The notes under the pieces: generated by a model
The model's input: only the letters and a program-made list of their open reading frames with translations
Database searches by the model: none
Told to the model about the DNA's origin: nothing
Shown: one piece after another, positions 53,309 through 64,000 of the stretch
Numbering within the stretch: position 1 is the stretch's first letter
How the letters are laid out: each line of letters starts with the position of its first letter
Source of the DNA: Ascoidea asiatica JCM 7603
Taxonomy: Eukaryota; Fungi; Ascomycota
Reading direction: 5' to 3'
DNA length: 64,000 nt
NCBI GenBank assembly: GCA_001600695.1
Contig: BCKQ01000019.1
Location: 87,511-151,510, forward strand
Program-made: the position numbers and the translations under genes

Positions 53309-53926
53309 TTAACAACAATTAGATTTTGAATTTGGTTGATCAATTGATAGACCATTATTTGAATTTTGATTTAATTGATCATTATTAACTTTTTCTTGAA
53401 TTAAACCAGCTAATTGAAAAAAAATTTCATCAACATTTTGATTACTTTTTGCACTTGCTTCTATAAAAGGTATACCTAATTCTTTTGCTAAATTTTCACC
53501 TTGTTCTTTTGAAATTACTCTTGAATCAGTTTCATCAGATTTATTACCAACTAACATTAATTGAGCATCATCATTAGCATGTTGATTAACAGTATTAAAC
53601 CAATTTCTAACATTTTCAAAAGTTCTTTCATCAGTTACATCATAAACTAAAATAATACCCATTGCACCTCTATAATAAGCAGTTGTTATAGTTCTAAATC
53701 TTTCTTGACCTGCAGTATCCCAAACTTGTAATTTAATTCTTTTACCATTTATTTCTATAGTTCTAATTTTAAAATCAATACCAATTGTTGTAATAAATGA
53801 AGGATTAAATTTATCTTCAACAAATCTTAATAAAAGACATGATTTTCCAACACCAGAATCACCAACTAATAATAATTTCATAATCATATCATATGATCTT
53901 GAAGGAGTATTTCTTGGAGCAGCCAT
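53309..53926 (-). CDS. SEC4: Rab GTPase Sec4
   Basis: [66 protein letters not shown]-terminal CC. Confidence 0.95.
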   Translation of the reverse strand: MAAPRNTPSRSYDMIMKLLLVGDSGVGKSCLLLRFVEDKFNPSFITTIGIDFKIRTIEINGKRIKLQVWDTAGQERFRTITTAYYRGAMGIILVYDVTDERTFENVRNWFNTVNQHANDDAQLMLVGNKSDETDSRVISKEQGENLAKELGIPFIEASAKSNQNVDEIFFQLAGLIQEKVNNDQLNQNSNNGLSIDQPNSKSNCC

Positions 53927-54449
53927 TATGATATATTATATTATATTATATATATATATATATATTATATTTGATAGATTATAATTATTTTAAGGATTAA
54001 TTCTATGAAAGGGCTTATATTGAATATAGTAAACTAATTTATGAATTGATATTGAAGTAATATGTGATTCTTGTAGATATGATTGTTATTGATATATATG
54101 TGAATATAATTCTTCTGGTTATCCAAACTTGATTCTAATTTAATTCTGATTTAATTCTGATTTAATTCTGATTCTGATTCTGATTCTGATTCTAGTTCTT
54201 CAATTGAATATCTTATCAAAAAATAGATGAATTTCTCTGTTGATAATTGAATGAATCTGAAACTGAAAGGGAAATCAACGAAGGGAAACGAAGCGAAGTG
54301 GAAGAAGTTGAAAGTGCCGCTGTTAAAAGGTGAAAGTGCGAGCAGTGCCAAAAGTGCCACTGCTGCTGTTTTCAACGCCGGCAACGCGAGCCACGCGAAA
54401 TGAAAAAAAAACAGAAAACAGAACGGTCACGTGGCGGTGGTGCCAAAGT

Positions 54450-54619
54450 GGGACAGGGACGGCAATCAGGGACACGGAGTGTCATAAATGGGTCAGTGGG
54501 ACAACAGTTGCAACAATCCAGGACCAGTAGGACAGCGGGACACGAAGGTGGTTTTTCCAGTGCAGCTAGGACACGGGACAGTGGGACACCTAGGTCAACC
54601 GGTGTCAAAACACCGGACA
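54450..54619 (+). repeat. Dispersed same-strand GGACA array in the GC-rich SEC4/F-box divergent promoter
   Basis: GGACA at 54451, 54470, 54499, 54530, 54538, 54569, 54576, 54584 and 54615, plus GGACG/GGTCA/GGACC variants. Confidence 0.8.
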
Positions 54620-55336
54620 GACCGTCCTGTTCTTGGTATATTTCCTCCATTGCTCCTTAAGCGCATATTTCCGCATGCTTCCGCCGCGGCGCCCCTTTCG
54701 CGTGCGTCTCCTATCTGGACCGGCGCCGTTTCTGCGGGTCTTCTTCTGCCTCTACGCAAAGTGCACGCTCTTCCAAACTTATCTCAAACTCAAATCCCCA
54801 GAATTCCCCAGAATTATCAAGAATTATCAAGAATAATCAAAAATAATCAAGAAACATTAAAAGATATAAAACAAATTCTATAAAAGAAGTTTAAGATCTT
54901 CAATATATTCATCATGCTTTTATCTCACTCATGATCTTAAATGATTTATTAAATATTAAAATATTGATAAGATATACAATAAAAGAGAAATATTTTAAAT
55001 ATAAAAGCATATTCATCAATTTAAAATAATATCAATTATTTTATTATCTTTATTCATCTTTATTCATCTTTATTCACCTTTATTGTCCAATAGTGGGTAT
55101 CTCTTTTAATACATTTAAATAATATTACTTTATTAAATCCCCCACAATTTTAAAAAAATTAAAAAATGATTATTAAATAATTAGGGGGAAAATATTAATA
55201 ATATGTAAAATAATATAAATACTTCTCTATTTCATACTCTTTTTTTTTTCAATCAAATCTTTAATTTTAATATCTTCACTTTTATTCTTATCATCTTTTT
55301 CTTATCTCTTTCATATCACTTTATTTATATATAAAA

Positions 55337-55644
55337 ATGTCAACAAATTCAAATTTATTAATTAAAAAATTTAATCTTTTACCAATTCATATTATTAAAC
55401 AAATATTTAATTATATTCCATTATATCAATTAAATCAATTATCAAATTCTTCAAATTTTATTATAAAATATATCTCAATTTTAAAATTATATAAATATTT
55501 ATCAATATTTAATATTAAAAATAATTTATCTTTAATAACAACTGAAAATATAAATAAAAAATCATTTGGTACTTTAAATATAAATTTAAAAAATTTTAAT
55601 TTAATCTCCTTATCTAAATCTTTAAATTTAAATCTTGATTTCTC

Positions 55645-55698
<54 letters not shown>

Positions 55699-56683
55699 AT
55701 CAATTGATTTAATAAATTTAATTGAAAATTTTAAAAATTCTGATTTTAAAAATTTAATCTCAATTAAATTCATTAATAAATCAAATAATTGGAAAATTTT
55801 TGAAAATTTTTTAAATAATTCAAATAATTTTAAAAATCTTATTAATTTAAATATTTCTGAAAATTTTTTAAAATTAAATAATTATAATAATTTAAATTTT
55901 AATAATCTTAAAAATTTTATTAATTTAAAATTCTTAAATTTATCAAAAAATAAATTTAATTTATTTGATTTAAATTTTTTAAAAAATTTAATAAATTTAA
56001 AATATTTAAATCTTTCTAAAAATTATTTTTTCTTATATAATAATAATAATTTTCAATATTTCTCAGATTTTGATTTTTTAAATAATTTAAAAAATTTAAA
56101 TTATTTAAACCTTTCAGATAATTATTTAAATAAAATTCCAATGAATTTAAAATTTTTAAAAAATTTAAAAACTTTAAATTTATCTCATAATAAAATCTCA
56201 ATTTTAGAAAATTTAAATAATTTAGAAAATTTAGAAAATTTAAATTTATCTTCAAATTCTTTTAAAGAAATTTCAAATAATTTAAATAATTTAAATAATT
56301 TAAAAAATTTAAAAAATTTAAAAATTTTAAATTTTTCAAGAAATAAATTAAAAAATAATATTAAAAATTTATTTAATTTAATTAACTTAAAAAAATTAAA
56401 TCTTTCATATAATTCAATTTCAATTATAAATTATAAACATTCTTTTAAAAATTTAATTTATCTTAATTTATCTTTTAATCCAATTAAAATCCTTGATATT
56501 AATAAAATTTATTTAAAACATATTAATTTAGTTAATTTAATTAATGTTAAATTAAATGATAATCAAATTAATCAAATTTTAAAAATTAATTCAAATATTA
56601 AAATTATTAAAAATGAAACATATTTCAAAAATCGTTCAAGAAGATCTTCAAATGTTGAAAAAAAATCTTTAATTTGTCATTGA
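55337..56683 (+). CDS. F-box plus SDS22-like leucine-rich-repeat protein
   Basis: N-terminal LLPIHIIKQIFNYIPLYQL fits the F-box consensus LP-x-x-I-x-x-x-IF-x-Y. About 9-10 repeats of NLK-x-LNLS-x-N-x-I/L. AAAAATGTCA start context. Confidence 0.75.
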
Positions 56684-56987
56684 TTTAACTACCTACTCCT
56701 TAAATGGGGTTTCAGATGATATTTTGATGAAGATAATGATTAATCAAAAAGTTAAAGAGGAATTTATGCTCATATATTTGCATATAGTAAATTTGCTGTG
56801 ATTTGTGATTAAGAATCTTATATTAATTCATACAAGATTTAGTGAGAAATGAATTAGAATATAATGGATGAAGATTTAATTGAGAATTGAAATGTGGATT
56901 GAAGTATTAAATTCAATGACATAAACTTATATATAGTAATTTTTAATAAATGAAATGAAATGAAATGAAATAATAGATAAATTTATA

Positions 56988-58046
56988 TTAATTTTGATTT
57001 CTTAAAATTTGATTAACTTTATTTTTTATTGAAGGATCAAAAGGATGTCTTAATAAAAGAGTATAAATATTTTCAGGTAATTTAGCTATGAAACTTATTG
57101 ATAATTTTATAATTTCTTTACTTTTTAAATTTGGAAATTTTCTTAATAATTGCATTGGAGAATTTGAATTCATAATTTGATTTCTAATTAAAATTAATTG
57201 AGAAATTATAAATAAAATATTCATATGAATACCATAAGCAAATAAAAAATCCCATAATATTAAAACTTCAGATAATGGTGGTGTACAAGCACATAAAGTT
57301 AATACAGATGGAAATGCATAAATTTCTGGTTTTAATAATTTTAAAGATAAATATGAATGTAATTTTGGATCAATAATTTTTAAAATTATATCAACTAATA
57401 TTGAACCTGTATGAACACCATCAATTGTTGAAGTTATATATAATGGAGAAAAATTTGTAAGTAATGAATAAAAAAGACTAAAAGCTTCAGGTTCAGATTT
57501 TGAGATATATAAGAATGGAGCAGCAATTATATTCATACCTTGAACATAAGGAGATAAAATTATTTTATTTTTTTTTATATATGATAAAGATTGTGATTGA
57601 AATTGAGATTGTAATAAATTATTAAAATTTAAAGAAGGATTTTCAATACAATGAGCAAAAACTGAAAGTAATCTTATTAAACTTGATTCAGAAACTTTAT
57701 TTAAAAAATCTTTATCTTTTGTTAAAGTTCTAAAAGAATCATTTTTAATTTTTGAATAAGATAATGGAAATTTTTTTGAATTAATTATATTTAAATAATC
57801 TTTAGTATTAATTTTTGAAATTCTTAATAATATTGACCAAACATAAACTCTATATGGACATTGATCATAACCTTGAGGAATTTGAAGTCCATCAACAAGA
57901 ATCATATATCTTAATTGAGATAAACCAGTTTTTATCATAATTTGATTTGAGCTTAGAAATTGTTCAATTGAATCTTTTCTTCTACTTCTTTTATTTGAAG
58001 AAATTGGTCTCAGAAAACTTTGAGGAGTTTGTAAAGAATCAGACAT
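56988..58046 (-). CDS. BUB2: Mitotic-exit-network GAP Bub2 (TBC domain)
   Basis: LSQLRYMILVDG, RVYVWSILL, KIKNDSFRTL, YVQGMNIIAAPFLY, EIYAFPSVLTLCACTPPL, LWDFLFAYGIHMNIL. Confidence 0.93.
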   Translation of the reverse strand: MSDSLQTPQSFLRPISSNKRSRRKDSIEQFLSSNQIMIKTGLSQLRYMILVDGLQIPQGYDQCPYRVYVWSILLRISKINTKDYLNIINSKKFPLSYSKIKNDSFRTLTKDKDFLNKVSESSLIRLLSVFAHCIENPSLNFNNLLQSQFQSQSLSYIKKNKIILSPYVQGMNIIAAPFLYISKSEPEAFSLFYSLLTNFSPLYITSTIDGVHTGSILVDIILKIIDPKLHSYLSLKLLKPEIYAFPSVLTLCACTPPLSEVLILWDFLFAYGIHMNILFIISQLILIRNQIMNSNSPMQLLRKFPNLKSKEIIKLSISFIAKLPENIYTLLLRHPFDPSIKNKVNQILRNQN

Positions 58047-58607
58047 TTGAGTAATAATATTAATAATAATAAGAATAGTAATTGATGGATATAAGAATGT
58101 GATATATGAAAATAGATAATCTATTTTATTTCATCAATTGAATTTGTATATGATTTCATTTATAATTTTCTGAATAACTCTTGAATGAACTTCTTTTATC
58201 AATTCAAATCAATTGATTCTCATTTTCATTTTATTTTTGATTTTGATTTTGATTTTGATTTTGTTGTCATTTTCAATTCTTTTCTTTTCTTCAGCGCTTA
58301 AATTCAAATTTGGACCAGAAATGGAAATATAAACAACGGATAGAGCACCGGAAATGTTTCAAGGATGGTATGCGGATATGCGGATACTTTGGCAAGGAAA
58401 AATATAAAATATCCCGGAAGTGTGCGGAAATTAAATCCAGGGACGGATTGGAAAAAGACGAAAAATAAAAATAAAAATAAAAATAAAAACAAAAACAAAA
58501 CACAGCAAAAGTGAAAAGAAGAAGAGGAAAAGAAGCAGAAGAAGAGAAGAAGAGAAGTAGTGAAATAAGTAAGATAATTAAACAATACTAAGATAATAAT
58601 AACTGTA

Positions 58608-58640
<33 letters not shown>

Positions 58641-58659
58641 TGGAATATTTGGAATAAAA

Positions 58660-59010
58660 ATGAAATTAACTAGATTTCTTATGAAACTTTCCATGGAAAC
58701 AGTTCAAGTTGAACTTAAAAATGGTACAATTGTATCTGGAACAATATTAAATGTATCACCATCAATGAATATATCTTTAAAAAATGTTAAAATGACAATA
58801 AAGGATAGAGATCCTCAACTTTTAGAATTTATGAATATAAGAGGTAATAATATTAGATTACTTATATTACCAGATTCTTTAAATTTAGATACACTTTTAA
58901 TTGATGAAATACCTAAGAAACATAAATCTAAAAGTCAGAATCAGAATCAGAATCAGAATAAATCTGGTGGAGTTTCTAAACCTGTAAGAAGACCTGGAGC
59001 CAGACGATGA
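58660..59010 (+). CDS. SMD1: snRNP core protein Sm D1
   Basis: [10 protein letters not shown][13 protein letters not shown], [13 protein letters not shown][14 protein letters not shown]. Confidence 0.95.
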   Translation: MKLTRFLMKLSMETVQVELKNGTIVSGTILNVSPSMNISLKNVKMTIKDRDPQLLEFMNIRGNNIRLLILPDSLNLDTLLIDEIPKKHKSKSQNQNQNQNKSGGVSKPVRRPGARR

Positions 59011-59204
59011 AGCTTTCACCAGAGTAAAATGAAGTGAATCAGTTTCAATTAAATATCTATATAGAACACTAGCTATAATATAACAATCAAGTAACAATCA
59101 AGGAACAATCAAGGAACTACACTATAAAGCATCGAGACAGATAAGTAAATAACTAAATAACTAAATAACTAAATAAAAATAATAAAAAAGTTGAACAAAA
59201 GAGC

Positions 59205-59210
59205 AAAAAA
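59205..59210 (-). terminator. RNA polymerase III terminator (T6) for tRNA-Ile
   Basis: TTTTTT on the minus strand, 4 nt after the discriminator base. Confidence 0.8.
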
Positions 59211-59214
59211 GAAG

Positions 59215-59333
59215 TGGTCCAGGAGGGGTTCGAACCCACGACCGTCGCGTTCCTCACACGACCGTGACATTAACACAAACGTTTGTCATGAACGGTTATA
59301 AGCACGAAGCGCTTACCTCTGCGCCACAAGACC
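59215..59333 (-). tRNA. tRNA-Ile(UAU) with 46-nt intron (59251-59296)
   Basis: Minus strand: GGTCTTG TG GCGC AGAGGTAA GCGC T TCGTG CT TAT A [intron] A CGCGA CGGTC GTGGG TTCGAAC CCCTC CTGGACC A. Canonical 37/38 intron; the anticodon arm matches my recollection of S. cerevisiae tI(UAU). Confidence 0.93.
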
Positions 59334-59584
59334 AATTCTTGTAAAAACAACATTAAAAACTGGTTTTATTCAGTATACGACTAATTTAAAATTTTTTATA
59401 TATGAAGTTAGTTATACTGTCAGATATTGTTTATTAAATTATGAAAGTCATTGAAATATTATTATATAAAGTATTTGTTTTGGATTGATTGAGAGATTTT
59501 GATAAATAAATATTATAAGAAAATACTAATGGAAAAAGAAAAGTATTATTAATCAATTTCAATTATAGGAATCTAACATCTTTT

Positions 59585-59620
59585 TTTGTTTGTTTGTTTG
59601 TTTGTTTGTTTGTTTGTTTG
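59585..59620 (+). repeat. (TTTG)9 microsatellite immediately after the SPS2-like stop codon
   Basis: Read directly. Confidence 0.9.
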
Positions 59621-61222
59621 TTAAATGAATGAAATTATTGAAGTTAAGAAAAAAAGAGATAATTGAATTTTATAATTTGAAAATTTTAAAATTTCAGAAC
59701 CATTTGAAATATCTTTAATACCTCCATTTGATTTTTTCGATTTATCATCTAACATATTTTCTGTTTTTTTTAAAGTACCTTTAACATCATGATAATCATA
59801 ATTTATAATTTCATTTTTTAAACCTGAAGTACAATCAATTTTACCACCTCTAATAATTGAAGTATTATCTTCCATTCCAATCCATTTATTACAATCAAAT
59901 AAATCTGATGAACTTTTAATAATTGCAGATCCTCTAACTAATTTTAATTTATTTAAACTTGTTTCTTTAAAATTTCCAATAAATTCAATTGCTCCACCAA
60001 TTGTAATTAATTTTGGTAAAAAATTAATTTTTGAAATTCCAGTATTATTTAAAATCATTAATCCACCATTAATTTCAGTTATTGAAGGTAATTCAATATC
60101 TTTTAAATTAAAATTTTCAATAATACTTAATGTACCACCAATTGTTTTTAATTTTGGAATTTTTAATGATGAAAAATTATTTTCAATAAATCCTGCAGAT
60201 GAATTAACATATTCAATATTTGACATATTTATTGCCATTGTATCTCTAATAGTAATATTATTTGCCCAATTTAATTGTGATAAATTAACTATAACATTTT
60301 TTGCATTAGCTTGAATCATTAATTCTTCATTAATTTCATTAACATTTGTTGAAATTGATTCTAAAAATCTATTATTATTAATATTTAAAATATTTAATTT
60401 TTTAACATCATCTTTTAAATTAAATCCAACTAATGAAGTATCTGAAATTATAATATTATTAATTTTATCAATACCAGAATCAAAAGAAATTGTGGATAAA
60501 ATTGGTAAAATTTTCCAATTAATTGTATCAACATTTTTTAAATATGGAAATGAAATTGATGTTAAAGATGTTAATTCTTTTAAATATAAATTATTACCAA
60601 TTTTATTTAAATGTGGAGCAATAATTCTAACTAAATTACTAACATTTTTTATAATTAAATCACCAGAAATTGATTGTAAAGTACCTAAATCAATTATTGG
60701 ATCTTGAAATTCATTAATTATTAAAGAACCTTGAATTTTTGTACATTTATCAATAATTGAATTTAAATCACCTTGATGTTTAATTGAATAATCTTTTCTT
60801 GTACAAATTTCATTAATTGCTTCTTTTTCAAAACCATTTGGTACATCTTTTATATTGGTATTTGTATTAGAATTTGAATTTGAATTTGAATTTGAATTAT
60901 TTTTATTATTAAGTTGTTTATTAATATCTTTATCATCTTCATCAGTTGCATAAGTATATTCAGTTGAATATTTTGGATCATTATAAATGATTTGTTCATT
61001 ATTATTAATTTGATTTAATCTTTGATGAAAATTATTTGAATCATTATCATTATTATTATTATTGATATTAATATCTGAATTTGAATTAAGATTTGAATTA
61101 AGATTTGAATTAATATTTGAATTAATATTTTGATTTACATTATAATCAGATAATTTTAAAGAATGATTTAAATTAATTAAATAAGTTAATACAAAAAGTA
61201 ATTTTACTTTTGATAAAATCAT
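59621..61222 (-). CDS. Ecm33/Sps2-family receptor-L-domain cell/spore-wall protein, probably Sps2/Sps22-like, GPI-anchored
   Basis: Signal peptide, CTKIQGSLII...DPIIDLG, ISDTSL, NINNNRFL, WANNITIRD, IGGTLSI, TIGGAI, VRGSA, FDCNKW, IIRGGKIDC, hydrophobic C-terminus. Confidence 0.85.
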   Translation of the reverse strand: MILSKVKLLFVLTYLINLNHSLKLSDYNVNQNINSNINSNLNSNLNSNSDININNNNNDNDSNNFHQRLNQINNNEQIIYNDPKYSTEYTYATDEDDKDINKQLNNKNNSNSNSNSNSNTNTNIKDVPNGFEKEAINEICTRKDYSIKHQGDLNSIIDKCTKIQGSLIINEFQDPIIDLGTLQSISGDLIIKNVSNLVRIIAPHLNKIGNNLYLKELTSLTSISFPYLKNVDTINWKILPILSTISFDSGIDKINNIIISDTSLVGFNLKDDVKKLNILNINNNRFLESISTNVNEINEELMIQANAKNVIVNLSQLNWANNITIRDTMAINMSNIEYVNSSAGFIENNFSSLKIPKLKTIGGTLSIIENFNLKDIELPSITEINGGLMILNNTGISKINFLPKLITIGGAIEFIGNFKETSLNKLKLVRGSAIIKSSSDLFDCNKWIGMEDNTSIIRGGKIDCTSGLKNEIINYDYHDVKGTLKKTENMLDDKSKKSNGGIKDISNGSEILKFSNYKIQLSLFFLTSIISFI

Positions 61223-61546
61223 TTTAAAAAAAAAAGAATTTAGAATTTAGAATTTAGAATTTAGAATTTAAAATTTTAATTGAAATTGAATAGAATAAGA
61301 ATAAGAATTGATAAAATTTATAAAATTTTATTTGATTCTAATGAAATTCTTATAAAAATTTCATAAAATTTAATAAATTATTATAAAATTATAATAAAAT
61401 TATTATAAAATTATAATAAAATTATAATAAAAGTATTATAAAATTATGATAAAATTAAAAGGAATTGAAACTGACTTAATAAGGAATAAAATATCAATTT
61501 TATTATCAAAAACACATCTTTTTTTTCAATTTCCTGATAGTTGTTA

Positions 61547-61847
61547 CACAAAACTACTCAGCATTCATAAATTCAATATATGGACATTTTCAAGAGGAAT
61601 AAAAATTGTAATGAAATTACACAATGGAAATCATAATCCAGTTGAAATAACTTGGAATAACTTGAAATAACCTGGAATAAACTGACGATTGAGGATTCAA
61701 AAGCAGCAAAAGCAGCGAGAGCAACGAAAGCAGCAAAAGCAAAAACATCAGAAGAAATTCCTAGAAGCCATGAAGAAAAAAAGCTGTTTGATCATTTTTG
61801 TGAATGAAGATTTGAAGAAATTGAGACTTCAATAAAAGGTTTTGTGT
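61547..61847. promoter_or_regulatory. Three MSE-like (Ndt80) cores upstream of the SPS2-like gene
   Basis: CACAAAA at 61547 (+), TTTTTGTG at 61795, TTTTGTGT at 61840. Confidence 0.45.
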
Positions 61848-62762
61848 TTTATTCAGAAGCAGAAGAAGCAAAAACAGCAGAAATAAAAACAAAACAAAAC
61901 AAAACATTAAAAATCTAAAAAAGGAAATAAAAATTGGAAATGTCGAAAGTGATTGAAAAATAATAATCATGTGATTTTATGGTCGGAACTGAAAAAAGAC
62001 CCGTAAATCTGGTCTCTTTAAAAAAAAAAAAAAAAAAAAAAAAGACCCACAATTCTGGCGTTGGTTTCAAAACTTAAAAAATATATAAAATATTGTAAAA
62101 TTATAGAATAAATGAAATAAATGAAGAATGGAGAAATAATCTATATTTATATTTGTATTTTATTTATATTTGTAATCTGATATGGTGAATATATTTCAAT
62201 TTAAGGGAATAAAGATTTCTTAAAGGGTTGATATAGATAATGGCATGTTGAGTGAAGGTCATAACTCAAGTTAATGAATAGTGATATATAATAAATGATA
62301 TAAATGATATAACAAATGATAAAAAAGATAATTGATAAATGAAAATAGTATATAAAAACAATCAATAAGTGTGATAAAAAAGTAAATAATTTGGAATAAC
62401 TAACCACCCAGATAATCAATACCCAAATACTAAACAAAAACTAAACAAAAAGTAAACAAACATAGAAAAAATACTAAGATTATATTCGTAATTCACTAGT
62501 TAAAATAATTTTTTGAAACAAAAACTAGAGAAATAAAACCAAACCGAGATAGAATAGAAACAACATTAAACCAAAAAATAAAGAATAAAGAATAAAAAGA
62601 TAAAGATTAAAAAAAGAGTAGATAATAAAATATACTACATACAAAAAACAAAATACAAAATACAACAAACTCATAATATATAATAATATATAATATCAAT
62701 AATAAAATCAAACATTAACATTATTTAATCAGATAATAAATGAATATTTTCTTTTATTATTA

Positions 62763-62909
62763 TTATTTTTTTGATCTTCTAAAGAAACTTCTTCTTTTTT
62801 TCTTTTTTAAATCTTTATTAACTGTTGGAGCTTTATAAATTGCCTGTTCAATTGGTTTTTTACCATTCATATTTATATTCATATTCATATTTTGATTATA
62901 TTCTGAAGG

Positions 62910-62947
<38 letters not shown>

Positions 62948-63476
62948 GAATTGGTTTTGCAAAAGAGTTTATACCATCTTCTTCTTCAATTGTATCATTT
63001 GCATATGGATTTTGATAATTATTATAATTATTATTACTAGATGGATAATTATAATTTGAAGTTAATTGATAATATGATGGTCTTGGTTGCCAACCATAAA
63101 TTGGAGTTTCAATTGAATCTTTTAAATATGAATCACCATAAATTGCATATTCAAAACTTCTTATAGTATCTAAAGGTCTTTCATCTCTTGATCTTGCTGG
63201 ATTTGAAATATCTGGTTTAATAATTGAATTACCAAAAATATCTTTTGATAAATTACCATTTAAACTTAAATTATTTAATGACTTTTTAATTTCAAAATCT
63301 TTTGCTTGAGATTGAGCTTGTTCAAAAGGTTGATCTTCATTAACTGCAGATAAAATTGGATCATTTAAATCATTTAAAGTTCTAATTTTTAAATGTGCTC
63401 TATCCTTTTCAGTTATTTTTCCCATATTTTTTTTCGCAGAATTATTTGAAGATGTTGATGATCTTCTGAAATGCAT
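62763..63476 (-). CDS. DUF2406-family protein (YMR295C/YGR273C-like)
   Basis: DPILSAVNEDQPFEQA and DIFGNSIIKPDISNPARSRDERPLDTIRSFEYAI; poly-Q; basic KKKKRRSFFRRSKK tail. Confidence 0.85.
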
Positions 63477-64000
63477 TTTGGACTATATTTTTTATTTTTT
63501 TAATCTTTTATTGTATGTATATATATTAAAGTATATAATAATATACTTGAATATAATTGAATGAAATAGAATATAGTTGAATGAATAATATAAAATTTAT
63601 TACTATATAAAGTTAATAAGAAATAATAAGTTAAGTGAATAAATAAATTATATATTATATAAAGAATGAATTACAAAAATAAAAAATAAAAACAGGGAAT
63701 CACTAAATATATATAACAAACTAATAAATAAATAAAGTATGTGTAGTATTCAAAGTGTATAATTACTTTAAAGTATTATTAAATCAACCAATTTTTTTTC
63801 AAGGAACAAACCTGTATATTTAAGAAAATTCATATTTTTATTTTATCAATTTATTTATTATTGATAAAAGTATGGTGGAATCTTTGAACTAGATGGATAA
63901 ATTTATGATGAAATAAATCAGATACGAGTAATGGTTAAGATATTCATTTTTAAGCTGATAGAATTCTTAGACTAAAAAAACAATAATAAAGTAAAGCCAG

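Noticed and set aside
54151-54883. Overlapping ORFs in the SEC4 upstream island
   Set aside because: Open in several frames on both strands simply because of high GC; no protein features.
12111-63040. Many 60-160 aa antisense or alternate-frame ORFs inside genes
   Set aside because: Shadows of AAT/GAT/CAA repeats giving poly-I/L/V/Y translations.
1-64000. Transposons, LTRs, CRISPR arrays, rRNA
   Set aside because: No transposase/RT/integrase ORFs, long direct or terminal repeats, or repeat-spacer structure were seen.

Overview
Eukaryotic DNA from an extremely AT-rich budding yeast (Saccharomycotina). The style, with Asn-rich low-complexity insertions and TTA/AGA/CCA codons, resembles Ascoidea-like genomes, but the species cannot be determined from sequence alone. 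The protein genes appear intronless. The window has two parts. (1) Positions 1-14.8 kb are an accessory, partly decaying nutrient-scavenging island: a LAC12/CDT-like sugar porter (cut by the left edge), aminopeptidase Y, a doubly frameshifted DAL5-family permease, an interrupted Asn-rich gene absent from the ORF track with a Gal11/Med15 KIX-like domain, an intact class-III aminotransferase, an orphan small ORF and a multiply disabled Zn2Cys6 transcription factor. GATAAG clusters and a shared CCGGAATT motif occur in its promoters. (2) Positions 15.4-64 kb hold mostly conserved genes: TBF1, HEM15, NOP9, SYG1, DFG10, PET20-like, SPO1-like, AMMECR1, PRS3, NUM1-like, ARB1, RVS167, MSS4, SEC4, an F-box/LRR gene, BUB2, SMD1, an intron-containing tRNA-Ile(UAU), SPS2-like and a DUF2406 gene. 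Promoters are short GC/CpG-rich islands in an AT-rich background. No transposon, CRISPR or rRNA was seen. All family calls come from recalled motifs, not database searches.
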